From Candidatus Sericytochromatia bacterium (GTDB taxonomy: Bacteria > Cyanobacteriota > Sericytochromatia > S15B-MN24 > UBA4093), in NCBI GenBank assembly GCA_036676495.1, contig JAKFCT010000059.1, positions 1 to 64,000 of the forward strand: DNA of 64,000 nt. The letters are read 5' to 3'. Below are positions 41,509 to 50,848 of this stretch, piece by piece. Made by a program: the position numbers and the translations under genes. The stretch's first letter is position 1. Every line of letters begins with the position of its first letter. Under the pieces are notes generated by a model. The model did not search any database, was not told the DNA's origin, and was given only the letters and a program-made list of their open reading frames with translations.

Positions 41509-41958
41509 CTACTTACGGGATGCCGGATGCGCGGTGGTCTTGGGCGACTCCGAGACGCGCTGAAGCACTTCCTCGGCGAGCCCCCGGATGCCCTTGGCTT
41601 CCGCCAGGTCTCCCAGGCTGAAGACTCCGACCAGCCGTTTTTGCTGATCCATCACGAGCATCCGCCGGATCTTGCGCTCCTCCATCACGGCGATCGCATC
41701 CTTGATGTCTTGATCCTGCTGGATCCAGCAGACATCCATCGACATGCAGTCGCGCACCGTGGCCTGAGCCGTATTCACTCCCTGGCAAAGGGATCTCACC
41801 ACCATGTCGCGGTCGGTGATGACGCCGGTGATGCGATCGCCGTCGCAGACCGGGATGAAGCCCGTGTCGTTGTCCCGCATCATGCAGGCGACATCCTTCA
41901 AGGTCGAGTCGGGTGTGCAGAGTTTCGGGTTGGCCGTCATAACGTCGCGGATCTTCAT
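41509..41958 (-). CDS. CBS-domain pair protein
   Basis: RDVMT, GFIPV, GVITDRD, IRRMLV, GVFSLGDLA. Confidence 0.9.
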   Translation of the reverse strand: MKIRDVMTANPKLCTPDSTLKDVACMMRDNDTGFIPVCDGDRITGVITDRDMVVRSLCQGVNTAQATVRDCMSMDVCWIQQDQDIKDAIAVMEERKIRRMLVMDQQKRLVGVFSLGDLAEAKGIRGLAEEVLQRVSESPKTTAHPASRK

Positions 41959-42063
41959 GAATTCCCCCTTTCGCTCCGGGGCGACATGCCCCTCCCCCAT
42001 GAACGCACAGCCGCGCCGAACCGGCAGCAAGCGGCAGTCACGAGGTTGCGGGGAAAGTCTTGT

Positions 42064-44364
42064 CTAAGATTCGCTTGGCCGTCGCTTGGGAGACCAGTAG
42101 TTCCAGTCCCCGAGCACCACCATGGCCGCCGGCAAGAGCAAGAGCCGGACGATGGTCGCGTCGATGAGGATGGCCACCGAGAGCGCCAGCCCGATCTCCT
42201 TCATGAGCCCGAAGTCCGCGAAGAGGTAGGCCGCGAAGACGCTCAACAGGATCAACGCCCCTCCCAGCACCACCCGGCCGGTATGGGTGACGCCCTCGGT
42301 CACCGCCTGGCGGTTGTCGCCCGTGCGGTCGTAGGCCTCCCGGATGCGGCTCAGGATCATGACCTCGTAGTCCATGCTGATGGCGTAGAGCACCGTCAAG
42401 AGGATGGTCGGAGTGAAGAGCATCACGTAGCCGTTGGCCGTTGCGCCGATCAGGGATGCGCCCCAGCCCCACTGGAAAACCATCACCACCACTCCGAAGG
42501 CGGCCAGGATGGGAAGCAGGTTGGTGAGGATGGCCTTGACCGGCAGGACCGCCGAACGCAGGAGGCGGGCCAGCAAGAGACCGATCGCCAGGAAGTTCAA
42601 GCCCAGCATGACGGGCATGGCCTGGCTGAAGGCCTCGTAGACGTCCACGAACTTGGCCTGCTGCCCTCCGATCGAGATCTGGGCATCCAGGGCCGCGGCG
42701 TGCTCCGGGAAGATCGTCTGGCGCAATTCTTCGACCAGGATCCGGGCCTCGTCGGAATCCGGCGAGGTCGACGGGGCGATGCGCAATACCGTGGCGCTGG
42801 CGCCCTCCGAACCGTTGATCAAGGGCGTCGCCACGGCTCCCCGGGTGAAGGGGTTCATGTAGAGGGCCATGTACTGCCGGAGGGTGAAGTCGTCCCGGAA
42901 GCTGACCATGGAGTCGACCTTGGCGATGCGCGGATCCTGCTGCAACCGTCCCACCAGCCGGTCCAGTTCGGTGAGGAAGGCGGGCGTGTAGACTCCGGCG
43001 GACCGGCCGGTCTCCACCACCACCATGAGGGGGCTGATTTGCCCCGGCTGGTGGTGCTCGGTGAGCCAGGCGACCCCGCGGGCGGATTCCAGGTGCTTGG
43101 GGATCAGCGAGACCGTCGGAGACCAGAAGCGGCTCTGCAGGACTGGAACGGCCAGGGCGCCCAGGAAGATCATGCAGCCGAGGAGGACGGGAATCGGCCG
43201 GGCGACCACCCGGGAGACGAAGCCGGACCAGCGGGAATCCGACTCCCGGAGCCGGAAGCGGTTGCGCAGGAGGCCGTGGGCGCTCCAGCGGCGATCGCAG
43301 AGCACGATCAGCGCCGGGATGAAGGTCATGGTGACCAGCCAGGACAGGGCGACCGTGGCCGAGGCGTTGATGGCCGCGGGCCGCAGGCCGTAGACGTCCA
43401 CCGTGGCCATGCAGGCGGCGGCGGCCATGACCACGCCGCCGCTGGCCAAGAGCGCCTTGCCGGTCGTCCGGGCCATCTCCTCGAGCGCGAAGCGCAGGCT
43501 GCGGCCCTTGTCGAGCTCCTCCCGCAGGCGGGCGATCATGAAGAGCGGGTAGTCGATGCCGAGCGCCAGGGCCAGGACGGCCGTCAGGAGCTGGTTGATG
43601 GTGGAGGTCTCGAAGACCATGGCCAGCAGGATCAGGACGCCGTTGGAGACGGCCAGCACCAGGGCCCCCGAGATCAGGGGCAGGAGGGCGGGGAACCAGC
43701 CCCCGAAGACGTAGAGCAGGACGAAGAGCGAAAGGACCAGGCCGATCTTCTCGACCTTGGCGATCTCGGCGGTGACGTGCGTGTAGGCGTCGTAGGAGAC
43801 CGAGATCTCCCCGGTGAGCGCCGTCGCGACTCCTTCTGGGGCCTGGGCCGCCTCAATCCGTTGTCTGAGCTGGGGGACCAGCTTGGTCTGGTCCAGGGGC
43901 ACCGATTTGAAGATGAGCAGCAAGGCTGAGGTCGAGTCGTCGAGATGGCCTTGCTTGCCCAGCTCGTCGGGAAGCAGGATGCGATCCACCGCGTCCACCG
44001 TGGAGAGCGATTGCTTCAGGCGGGCATAGTACGCCTCCGGCACGGTGACTCCCGGATGGCGGAGCATGACCAGCGCGTTGACTGCGGTCATCTCGGGGAA
44101 CTGTTCCTTGAGGACGATGTCGACCTGGGAGGATTCGCTGCCCTGGGGGCCCGAGAAGTTGTTGGTGGCGAGCGAACCGAGGTTTCCGGCCCCCAGGATG
44201 CCGCCCATGACCAGCACGGCCCACAGCGCCAGGGTCAGGACGGGGTGGGCGATCGCGCCGCGGATGAGGCCGACCAGGAGGATCTCGATGCGGCCCAGGG
44301 GGCGATCCGGCGGGGGATCGGCGGAGGGGCCGTGACCGGGGCGGACGCCGGGATCCTTCAACAC
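42064..44364 (-). CDS. MMPL/RND-superfamily lipid transporter
   Basis: LGIDYPLF..R.REE, AISMDYEV..LSRIRE, AILIDATIVR..LLPA, LGDWNYW. Confidence 0.9.
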   Translation of the reverse strand: MLKDPGVRPGHGPSADPPPDRPLGRIEILLVGLIRGAIAHPVLTLALWAVLVMGGILGAGNLGSLATNNFSGPQGSESSQVDIVLKEQFPEMTAVNALVMLRHPGVTVPEAYYARLKQSLSTVDAVDRILLPDELGKQGHLDDSTSALLLIFKSVPLDQTKLVPQLRQRIEAAQAPEGVATALTGEISVSYDAYTHVTAEIAKVEKIGLVLSLFVLLYVFGGWFPALLPLISGALVLAVSNGVLILLAMVFETSTINQLLTAVLALALGIDYPLFMIARLREELDKGRSLRFALEEMARTTGKALLASGGVVMAAAACMATVDVYGLRPAAINASATVALSWLVTMTFIPALIVLCDRRWSAHGLLRNRFRLRESDSRWSGFVSRVVARPIPVLLGCMIFLGALAVPVLQSRFWSPTVSLIPKHLESARGVAWLTEHHQPGQISPLMVVVETGRSAGVYTPAFLTELDRLVGRLQQDPRIAKVDSMVSFRDDFTLRQYMALYMNPFTRGAVATPLINGSEGASATVLRIAPSTSPDSDEARILVEELRQTIFPEHAAALDAQISIGGQQAKFVDVYEAFSQAMPVMLGLNFLAIGLLLARLLRSAVLPVKAILTNLLPILAAFGVVVMVFQWGWGASLIGATANGYVMLFTPTILLTVLYAISMDYEVMILSRIREAYDRTGDNRQAVTEGVTHTGRVVLGGALILLSVFAAYLFADFGLMKEIGLALSVAILIDATIVRLLLLPAAMVVLGDWNYWSPKRRPSES

Positions 44365-44478
44365 TGGGGGGCTCCTAGAAAGGGGGCTTCCGGGCGATCG
44401 CCCGGTAAAGGGATAGGCTCGGTATTATAACACCTTCGGCCTCTCCCTGAGGCAGGCGGCCGAGTGCTTTGAGAATCG

Positions 44479-44540
44479 TTAGAGCGATCGTCGTTGCTTC
44501 AGGACAGCTACGCTTTCCCAATCCTAGCCGCAGGCGCTAG
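44479..44540. repeat. CTAG-bounded hairpin element, short form, degenerate copy
   Basis: TTAGAGCGATCGTCGTTGCTTCAGGACAGCTACGCT...AGCCGCAGGCGCTAG, matches 51142-51204. Confidence 0.85.
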
Positions 44541-44578
44541 GCCGAGGCCTGGAGGCCCGCCGTGATCCCCCATGACAC

Positions 44579-44612
44579 GAAGGGTGTCCCGGCCATGGCC
44601 GGGACACCCTTC
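44579..44612 (-). terminator. Perfect 34-bp palindrome immediately downstream of tRNA-Ser
   Basis: GAAGGGTGTCCCGGCCATGGCCGGGACACCCTTC. Confidence 0.65.
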
Positions 44613-44615
44613 TAG

Positions 44616-44702
44616 CGGAGGAGGTGGGATTCGAACCCACGGTACGCGTGAACGTACGCTTGTTTTCAAGACAAGAGCCTTAAACCGCTCGGCCACTCCT
44701 CC
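44616..44702 (-). tRNA. tRNA-Ser(TGA)
   Basis: Reverse complement GGAGGAGTGGCCGAGCGGTTTAAGGC..CTTGT-CTTGAAA-ACAAG, long variable arm, GGTTCGAATCC, CTCCTCCG. Confidence 0.95.
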
Positions 44703-44777
44703 CGGTCCCCGCGCGCTGACTGGCGATCAACGAGCCGTCGCGCAAGGCCCCCAGTTTAACAAACCGGGATCCGGGCG

Positions 44778-45797
44778 TCAAACTCCGATCTTGAACCCGA
44801 AGACGCCGATCAGGAAGACCAGGTAGAAGGCGCCTCCTGCCAGCAGGATGAAGGGGTTGAGCGTGCCCGTCCGCTTGATCTGCAGCCAGAGCAAGGCGGC
44901 GGAGGCAACGGCGAGGGCAGCCGAGAAGAGCGACGTGATGTCGAGGCTCCAGGGGGTCAGCCAGAGGCCCACCGCGGGGGGGATGCAGCTCTGGAAGACC
45001 ATCGCTCCCGAGACGTTGCCCAGCGCCAGGGTGTCCTTCTTGACGCGCACCCAGAGCACGGAGTTGAACTTCTCGGGAAGCTCGGTGGCGATCGGGGTGA
45101 TGATCAGCGAGAGGATCAGGGCCGGAAGTCCGAAGAGATCGGCCAGGTGCTCCACCTGGTGGATGAAGAAGTGGGCGCCGACGACGATCCCGATCAGCGC
45201 GGCCACGACCTGGGCCATGACGATGGGCATGCCCGGGGCCTCGCGCCGGGGAGCGAAGTAGAGCGGAGCGATGTTCTCCCCGACCTCGCCCGGGTGCTTC
45301 AGCGTCTCCCAGACGTACCAGCCGTAGAGGGCCAGCAGCACGAAGCCGCCCGCCACCTTGACGCCGTGGCTGGGGATGAACGTCGCGAGGATGGCCGCTG
45401 AGTAGGTGATGATGAAGAAGCGCAGGTCGCGCAGCATCACGCCGGCGTCGACGGTCATCTGCTCCGTGCGGCGGCCCTGGCGGACGAAGACGATGATGGC
45501 GGCGCCGATCACGAACATCGCCAGCGTGGCGAGCATGAACGGAGCGCCGACGATGGCGCCGATACCGATGTCGGTGCCGGCCACGTTGCCGCTGCGCCAG
45601 GCCCCGACGATGGCGATGATCGGGATGATGGTCTCGGGCAGGGCCGTCCCGACCGCCGCGAGCACCGAGCCCACCGCTCCTTCCGAGAGGTTCAGCTTCT
45701 TGCCGACCCACTCGATCGAGTTGACGAAGGCCTCGCAGGCCAGGATGATGCCCGCAATCGAGAGCAAGGCATAAAGAATGGTCAGAAACAGGTCCAT
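44778..45797 (-). CDS. Sodium:calcium (CaCA) antiporter family protein
   Basis: Alpha-repeats AAVGTALPE and TPIATELPE, GNVSGA; ~10 TM. Confidence 0.88.
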   Translation of the reverse strand: MDLFLTILYALLSIAGIILACEAFVNSIEWVGKKLNLSEGAVGSVLAAVGTALPETIIPIIAIVGAWRSGNVAGTDIGIGAIVGAPFMLATLAMFVIGAAIIVFVRQGRRTEQMTVDAGVMLRDLRFFIITYSAAILATFIPSHGVKVAGGFVLLALYGWYVWETLKHPGEVGENIAPLYFAPRREAPGMPIVMAQVVAALIGIVVGAHFFIHQVEHLADLFGLPALILSLIITPIATELPEKFNSVLWVRVKKDTLALGNVSGAMVFQSCIPPAVGLWLTPWSLDITSLFSAALAVASAALLWLQIKRTGTLNPFILLAGGAFYLVFLIGVFGFKIGV

Positions 45798-45810
45798 GAA
45801 ATTCCTCAAC

Positions 45811-45865
45811 AAAAAAAACGGGAGCAAGACATTCACCCGCAGTGCGGGCGAAGGTCTTGCTCCCG
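45811..45865 (-). terminator. Riboswitch expression-platform terminator
   Basis: Minus strand CGGGAGCAAGAC...GTCTTGCTCCCG-T8; 5' arm overlaps aptamer 3' strand. Confidence 0.85.
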
Positions 45866-45957
45866 AGTCGAGTGGACAGGGCGGCGGACCGAGAACCAAG
45901 TGGTTCTGGGAATGGCGATCCGGCCGTCGGGATGAATCCCGAAGCTACTCCCCTTCA
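45850..45957 (-). ncRNA. yybP-ykoY manganese-responsive riboswitch
   Basis: Minus strand GAAGGGGAGTAGC ... CGCCAT ... GCAAGACCTTC consensus termini, upstream of a cation transporter. Confidence 0.85.
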
Positions 45958-46018
45958 GCTGATCCCAGCGTAACAAAGGCCATCCGTCGCGTCAAGCCAA
46001 GCGAACGGCGTCGGAGCG

Positions 46019-47938
46019 TCAGGACCCGGGAGGGGGGGCGGCCGTCATCTCCGTGAGGAAGCGCGAGGGCACCATGGTTTGCTTCTGGCCGAAGCGCTTG
46101 CGCTCCCGGACGTAAGAGAGCTGGAGGAAGCGCTTGGCCCGCGTGATGGCCACGTAGCAGAGACGCCGCTCCTCGGAGAGCTCTCCGTCGTCCAGGGCAA
46201 TCTGGTAGGGGAGCGTCCCTTCCTCCATGCCGATCACGAAGACCGCCTCCCATTCCAGGCCCTTGCTGGCGTGAATGGAGAGCAGCTGGACCGCTTCGGT
46301 CTTCTTGGTCTTGCGCGGGCGGGTCTGGTTCTCGACCTGCCGGAAGAGCTCGTAGAGGGATTGCGGGTTCCAGCGCTTGATTTGCTCGTGAAGGGTGCTG
46401 AGAGTGTCCAGCTTTTGGCGGGCGCGCTCGCCTTTCGTCCCCTCCAGGCTGCGCTTGTAGCCGGTTTCCTGCAGGATCCGCATGGTGAGCTCGGCAGGCG
46501 CCAGGCCGGATTTCCTCCAGCCCATGACCATCGCGACCGCGTGCTGGACCAGGCTGCGCTGCTGCAAGGTCGAAAGCGGGATGCGCTGCACCCGGCAGGC
46601 GGCTTCCCAGAGGCTGATCTCCTCGCGCTCGGACTCGACCTTGAGCATGGAGAGGCTCTCCTTGGTGACGCCGACCCGGCGGACCAGGTTCTCGAAGGCC
46701 ACGTCCGCCAAGGGATGCGGCTTGGGCAGGGCCAGGCGCAGGAAGTTGAGCATGTCGACGATCTCGGCCTGCTCCCAGAAACTGCCGCTCGATTTGACCA
46801 CGTACGGAATCTCATGGGTGATGAGCTCTTCGATCACGATGGCCGACTGGGCATGCGTCCGGTAAAGGACGGCGATCTCCTCGGGAGGCGTACCCTGGAG
46901 GATCAGGTCCTTGATCTGGGCGACGACTTCCTGGGCCTCGGCGAACTGGTCGGGGGCCTGGACTTGCCTCACCTTCTGCCCCTGGGACGTGCGGCAGGCT
47001 TCGATGGTCTTCTTGATTTGCTTGGCGTTGTGGGCGATCAAGCGGTTGGCGAGCTTGACGATGGCCGGGGCGGAACGATAGTTCTTGGCCAGGAAGATGC
47101 TCTTGGCCTCGGGGTAGTCCCGGTTGAACGAGAGGATGTTGTCGAGATCCGCCGCTCGGAAGCCGTAGATGCCCTGGGCGTCGTCGCCGACGGCGAAGAG
47201 GTTGTTCTGGGGGGCCGACAAGAGCCGCAGGAGGGTGTACTGGGCCTTGTTGGTGTCCTGGTACTCGTCGACCAGGACATGGGTGTACTGGGTCTGGATC
47301 TCGGCGCGGACGTCGTCATGCAGCTGGAGCAGATCGATGGACAGGCGAATCTGGTCGTCGAAGTCGATGAGGTTCTGCTTGAGCAGGCGCTTCTGGTAGG
47401 AGGCGTAGAGAGCGGCCATGCGGCCCTCGTTGGGATCCGCCGAGATGCGCTTGACCTGGCTGGGACTGGTCATGGTGCTCTTGGACCAGGAAATATAGGC
47501 GGCCAGGTCCTCGAAGCGGATGTCCTCGGCGCCATGTTCGCGCAGCAGGACGTCGAAGATGGATCGCTGGGTGCTTTCCAGCAGCAGATGGGGCTTTGGC
47601 ACGGTGAAGCCCAGCTTCTGGTAGCGGCCGTCGAGGAGTTTGAGGCCGAGGGAGTTGAAGGTGGCGGAGGTGAGCTTGCTTGCCGTTTCCTTGCCGACGA
47701 GCTTGGCGACGCGGGCGGTCATCTCGGTGGCGGCCTTCTTGGTGAAGGTGACGGCCAGGATGCTCTCGGGCTTCACCCCGTTCTGGATCAGGTAGGCGAG
47801 CCGGCGCGTGAGCACGGTGGTCTTGCCGGATCCGGGGGCGGCGACCACGAGGACGGGGCCGTAGAGCGTGGAGACGGCGTCATGCTGCTCCGGGTTGAGG
47901 CCTTCGAGCAGGGGATTGGTAAAGCTGAGTTGGGACAT
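46019..47938 (-). CDS. ATP-dependent DNA helicase PcrA/UvrD/Rep family
   Basis: AAPGSGKT, TFTKKAA, LVDEYQDTN, VGDDAQGIYGFR, NYRS, HASKGLEW, EERRLCYVAITRAK. Confidence 0.95.
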   Translation of the reverse strand: MSQLSFTNPLLEGLNPEQHDAVSTLYGPVLVVAAPGSGKTTVLTRRLAYLIQNGVKPESILAVTFTKKAATEMTARVAKLVGKETASKLTSATFNSLGLKLLDGRYQKLGFTVPKPHLLLESTQRSIFDVLLREHGAEDIRFEDLAAYISWSKSTMTSPSQVKRISADPNEGRMAALYASYQKRLLKQNLIDFDDQIRLSIDLLQLHDDVRAEIQTQYTHVLVDEYQDTNKAQYTLLRLLSAPQNNLFAVGDDAQGIYGFRAADLDNILSFNRDYPEAKSIFLAKNYRSAPAIVKLANRLIAHNAKQIKKTIEACRTSQGQKVRQVQAPDQFAEAQEVVAQIKDLILQGTPPEEIAVLYRTHAQSAIVIEELITHEIPYVVKSSGSFWEQAEIVDMLNFLRLALPKPHPLADVAFENLVRRVGVTKESLSMLKVESEREEISLWEAACRVQRIPLSTLQQRSLVQHAVAMVMGWRKSGLAPAELTMRILQETGYKRSLEGTKGERARQKLDTLSTLHEQIKRWNPQSLYELFRQVENQTRPRKTKKTEAVQLLSIHASKGLEWEAVFVIGMEEGTLPYQIALDDGELSEERRLCYVAITRAKRFLQLSYVRERKRFGQKQTMVPSRFLTEMTAAPPPGS

Positions 47939-48000
47939 GAAGGTCACAGGAAGCGGGGTTGGGGCAGCCCGATCGTAGCACGATCGGCCTTGAAGGACAA

Positions 48001-48045
48001 CCCGCACCGCGGGTGCCCGCACCGCGGGGGCCCGCACCGTGGGGA
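48001..48045. repeat. 15-bp tandem repeat x3 in divergent intergenic region
   Basis: CCCGCACCGCGGGTG/CCCGCACCGCGGGGG/CCCGCACCGTGGGGA. Confidence 0.85.
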
Positions 48046-48128
48046 CCAGGACCCCATGGGCCCGGGGGCCGGGGGCCTGGCGTGATCGGGGCCTCGCTCC
48101 TTGGGGTACAATGCCCGCAGGAGGAGCC

Positions 48129-48566
48129 ATGATTCGCGTCGGAGACAATTCCCAGGACCCCAAGCTCATCTCGGCGCTGTCGGGGCTCACGCCTCGAAGC
48201 GGGGTGGAGCGGGCGTCGTTCGGCCAGCAGTTGCATGGAGCGCAGCAGTCGGCGACGGCGCAGACGCTGCAAGGGATGATCGAGCGGATCGACGCCCAGG
48301 CGCAGCGGCTGTTGAAGCATCCGATCCCGGCGGAGGTCGCGGCGTATCGCGAGGCGGTGCGGCGCTTCATGAAGGAGGCGAACGAGCGTCTCGGCAAGGC
48401 GGAGAAGCGCTCTGACCGGCGCAACCGCACGCTGATCCTCCTGCGGGAGGTGGACGCCAAGCTCGCGAAGCTGGTGGAGGACGTCCTGGGGGGCCAGGTC
48501 GACTCCCTGGAGCTCGCCGCCTCGATCAACGAGCTGCGGGGCATGTTGATGGATCTCTTCATCTGA
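48129..48566 (+). CDS. YaaR (DUF327) family protein
   Basis: GGAGGAG RBS; YREAVRRFMKE, VDAKL..L, INELRGMLMDL terminus. Confidence 0.8.
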   Translation: MIRVGDNSQDPKLISALSGLTPRSGVERASFGQQLHGAQQSATAQTLQGMIERIDAQAQRLLKHPIPAEVAAYREAVRRFMKEANERLGKAEKRSDRRNRTLILLREVDAKLAKLVEDVLGGQVDSLELAASINELRGMLMDLFI

Positions 48567-48772
48567 CGACCATGGGTTAAGCCACTCAGGATCACGATTT
48601 TCGACCGTTCGCGGCGCTCGGAGCGCCGTCTTGAGCGGAACGATGTCAGAGCGCCGGCCTGTAATGGGCCGGCGCTCTCGTTCTCCGGAAAGTCCAAAAT
48701 GTTGGACGATCCAGAATGCGATATTTGACTTATAATGGCAACGATCCCTCGGTTGCTATGTGAGAAGATGAT

Positions 48773-48946
48773 GTGACGCATCCCCCGCTATGCCCCACCT
48801 GCCGTGAGACGATGAAGCAGGTGACCCCCTTTGGTTATTTCTGCCTCTCGTGCATGACCACCCTGACCCTGCTGGACGAGGGGTGGGTGCATATCCTGAC
48901 ACCGGATTTCCGGGAGAAACGGGTACGCGAGGAGAGCTTGTCCTGA
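48773..48946 (+). CDS. 57-aa Zn-ribbon-like microprotein (not in ORF track)
   Basis: GTG start; MTHPPLCPTCRETMKQVTPFGYFCLSCMTTLTLLDEGWVHILTPDFREKRVREESLS*; AT-rich upstream with TATAAT; hairpin at stop. Confidence 0.6.
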   Translation: MTHPPLCPTCRETMKQVTPFGYFCLSCMTTLTLLDEGWVHILTPDFREKRVREESLS

Positions 48947-48987
48947 GCTCTCCTCGCGCGTCGTTGAGGGGGGATTGCTGAGTCGCG

Positions 48988-49410
48988 TTAGAGCTTCAGG
49001 TCGTTGAGAACTGAATCCCGGCTCACCCAGAGTTGCTTGACGCTCGGGGAAACCGAGTGCAGCAGCGTGACGACGGCGGGGTCTGCCAGGGCCTCATCGA
49101 GCACGACGAAGGTGGCTTGCAGGGCGCGACGGGCGTCCGCGAGTCCGGTGGCCGCCTTGACGCGCTCGATCAGGGTAGCGGCGTCAGGGCGCGGGAAGGC
49201 GAAGTCCACCGCGAGGGGATCGTTGATGGCGGGGCCCCAGAGCTCTTGCAGGACCTTGGGGAGCTGCTGGCGGACGTAATTGGCTTCTCCGGGGGCCACC
49301 ATGGCGCGCAACTCGGAGAGGACGCTGGCGGTGAGCTTGCGAAGCGCGGCTTCGTCCGAGATCCCGGAAATGGTGGCGAGACGGGTGAAAAAGATGTGAG
49401 GGGTCTCCAC
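48988..49410 (-). CDS. DUF2267-like protein
   Basis: AAAGGAG RBS before GTG; duplicated helical pattern VL.EL...GEA..V.QQLP..LQELW. Confidence 0.65.
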   Translation of the reverse strand: METPHIFFTRLATISGISDEAALRKLTASVLSELRAMVAPGEANYVRQQLPKVLQELWGPAINDPLAVDFAFPRPDAATLIERVKAATGLADARRALQATFVVLDEALADPAVVTLLHSVSPSVKQLWVSRDSVLNDLKL

Positions 49411-49420
49411 GGGGGCTCCT

Positions 49421-49855
49421 TTACGCATTGAAGGCGATGTTCGAGTCGGTGAGGGTGGCGCTCTTCGGGCCGGCTGAGGTGTGCTCGGTGACGGTCCAGC
49501 TGTTGCCGATCTTGGAGAGCTTGAGGTACGAGCTATCCTTGTCGCCGTAGGTGATGGGTTCGTTGCTGGACCATCGGCCGTTGCCGTCCTCGTCCTCGAA
49601 GGCGGCGACGAAGAGGTTGGCTTCGGTGTCGGGCAGCTTGTACGAGAACTTGCCGTTGGTGACGTTCACGACCGTGGCCTGGGTGAAGTCGATGGGAACG
49701 CTGGAGGTCACGGCAATCTTGGTCTTGGCGGAGACCCGGCCGGAAACTTCGCCTTGGAGCGTTTCCCCCCCGATGAGGTTCGTGGGAAGGGTGTCACAGG
49801 CCGTGATCGCGATAGCGAGCGACGCGAAGGTCAAGGATCGAACGAGTCGAGACAC
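49421..49855 (-). CDS. Lipoprotein, hypothetical (Ca-binding-like loop)
   Basis: AGGAGG RBS, lipobox ITAC, AFEDEDGNGRWSSNEP. Confidence 0.75.
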   Translation of the reverse strand: MSRLVRSLTFASLAIAITACDTLPTNLIGGETLQGEVSGRVSAKTKIAVTSSVPIDFTQATVVNVTNGKFSYKLPDTEANLFVAAFEDEDGNGRWSSNEPITYGDKDSSYLKLSKIGNSWTVTEHTSAGPKSATLTDSNIAFNA

Positions 49856-49997
49856 GGAGTCCTCCTTCTGAGATCGTCGGCGTCAACGGGAGAGGCGGCC
49901 GAGGGTCGAGCAGGGTGCCGATAGACGCGCGCTGTGCGATTCTACCACGTATCGCGTCGGGCTAACGCCTGGTTGGGCCTTGTGGTAGGATGAAGGG

Positions 49998-50477
49998 GTG
50001 ATCAGTGAGCTTGAGACCAAAGGCCATATGCGTTTCCGCTTCGGGAGGCGCGATCAGCTCGTCCTTTACAAGCAGAAGGGCGAGTCGCTGTCGCATGTCT
50101 ACCTCAAGGCGGCGGCCTATGCGCTCTTTTTCCGGGACGTCGAGGGCCTTGCGGTCGATCCGAAGCTGCGCTTCAAGTACCCGGCGGATCTCGCCGCGGT
50201 GGAAGCCACGGGGGATCCGCGTTTCTGGGTGATCGTGGAGGACACGTCCTTGCCGCGCCTGGAGTGGACCTTGCGGCATGTGCCGGCCTCCGAGGTGGTC
50301 CTGGTGACCGAGGGGGGAGACCTCGACCGTTTGGTGGCTCAGATCCGACGGGGGATTCACTACCGCTACACCCATAAGCGGCTGGTGCTCTACCACTTCG
50401 TGAAACCGGTGGAGGACTGGCTCGATCCCGAGGGCGTCGAGGTTCCGGACGGATCGTACGACGTCTTCCATTTCTGA
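49998..50477 (+). CDS. YaeQ-like protein
   Basis: GESxxHVYLKxxAYALF and PADL....GDPRFWV resemble YaeQ; by-eye only. Confidence 0.55.
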   Translation: MISELETKGHMRFRFGRRDQLVLYKQKGESLSHVYLKAAAYALFFRDVEGLAVDPKLRFKYPADLAAVEATGDPRFWVIVEDTSLPRLEWTLRHVPASEVVLVTEGGDLDRLVAQIRRGIHYRYTHKRLVLYHFVKPVEDWLDPEGVEVPDGSYDVFHF

Positions 50478-50611
50478 TCGTCCTCTCCGGATCCGCCAAG
50501 GAAACCTTGGCGGATTTCATCATGACGTAAGCTCGCTTTAAGGTCATCATGGCGGTCAACGGAGGGTCACCGGAAGGCCGGGCACCCGACCGTTCAGAGA
50601 GGAGAGCGCCA

Positions 50612-50734
50612 ATGACCCCGAAGTTTGATCCCATGGGCAGAGACGGCGTGAGGGAGATGCCGACCGGGCGTCCAACCGAGCCGGACCCGCGGGAGGCCCC
50701 GCGCCCCGATCCCAAGAAGCGCCCCACGCGCTAG
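50612..50734 (+). CDS. 40-aa Pro/Arg-rich microprotein
   Basis: GAGGAG RBS; followed at once by terminator GGAGCCGGT-TCCG-ACCGGCTCC-TTT. Confidence 0.5.
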   Translation: MTPKFDPMGRDGVREMPTGRPTEPDPREAPRPDPKKRPTR

Positions 50735-50848
50735 CCCCGAGGAGCCGGTTCCGACCGGCTCCTTTAACGTTGTCTTGATACGGCTTTCATGCGGAATCAA
50801 TCTGCGCTTGCGACCATGGGGCCATCCCCCGGAACGAGAGGAGGCCGC

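Noticed and set aside
44508-44696. 62-aa minus-strand ORF
   Set aside because: Translation of tRNA-Ser and its trailer
47939-48781. 280-aa N-terminal extension of the helicase ORF
   Set aside because: Lies antisense to yaaR and across intergenic repeats; family homology starts at MSQLSF...LNPEQ
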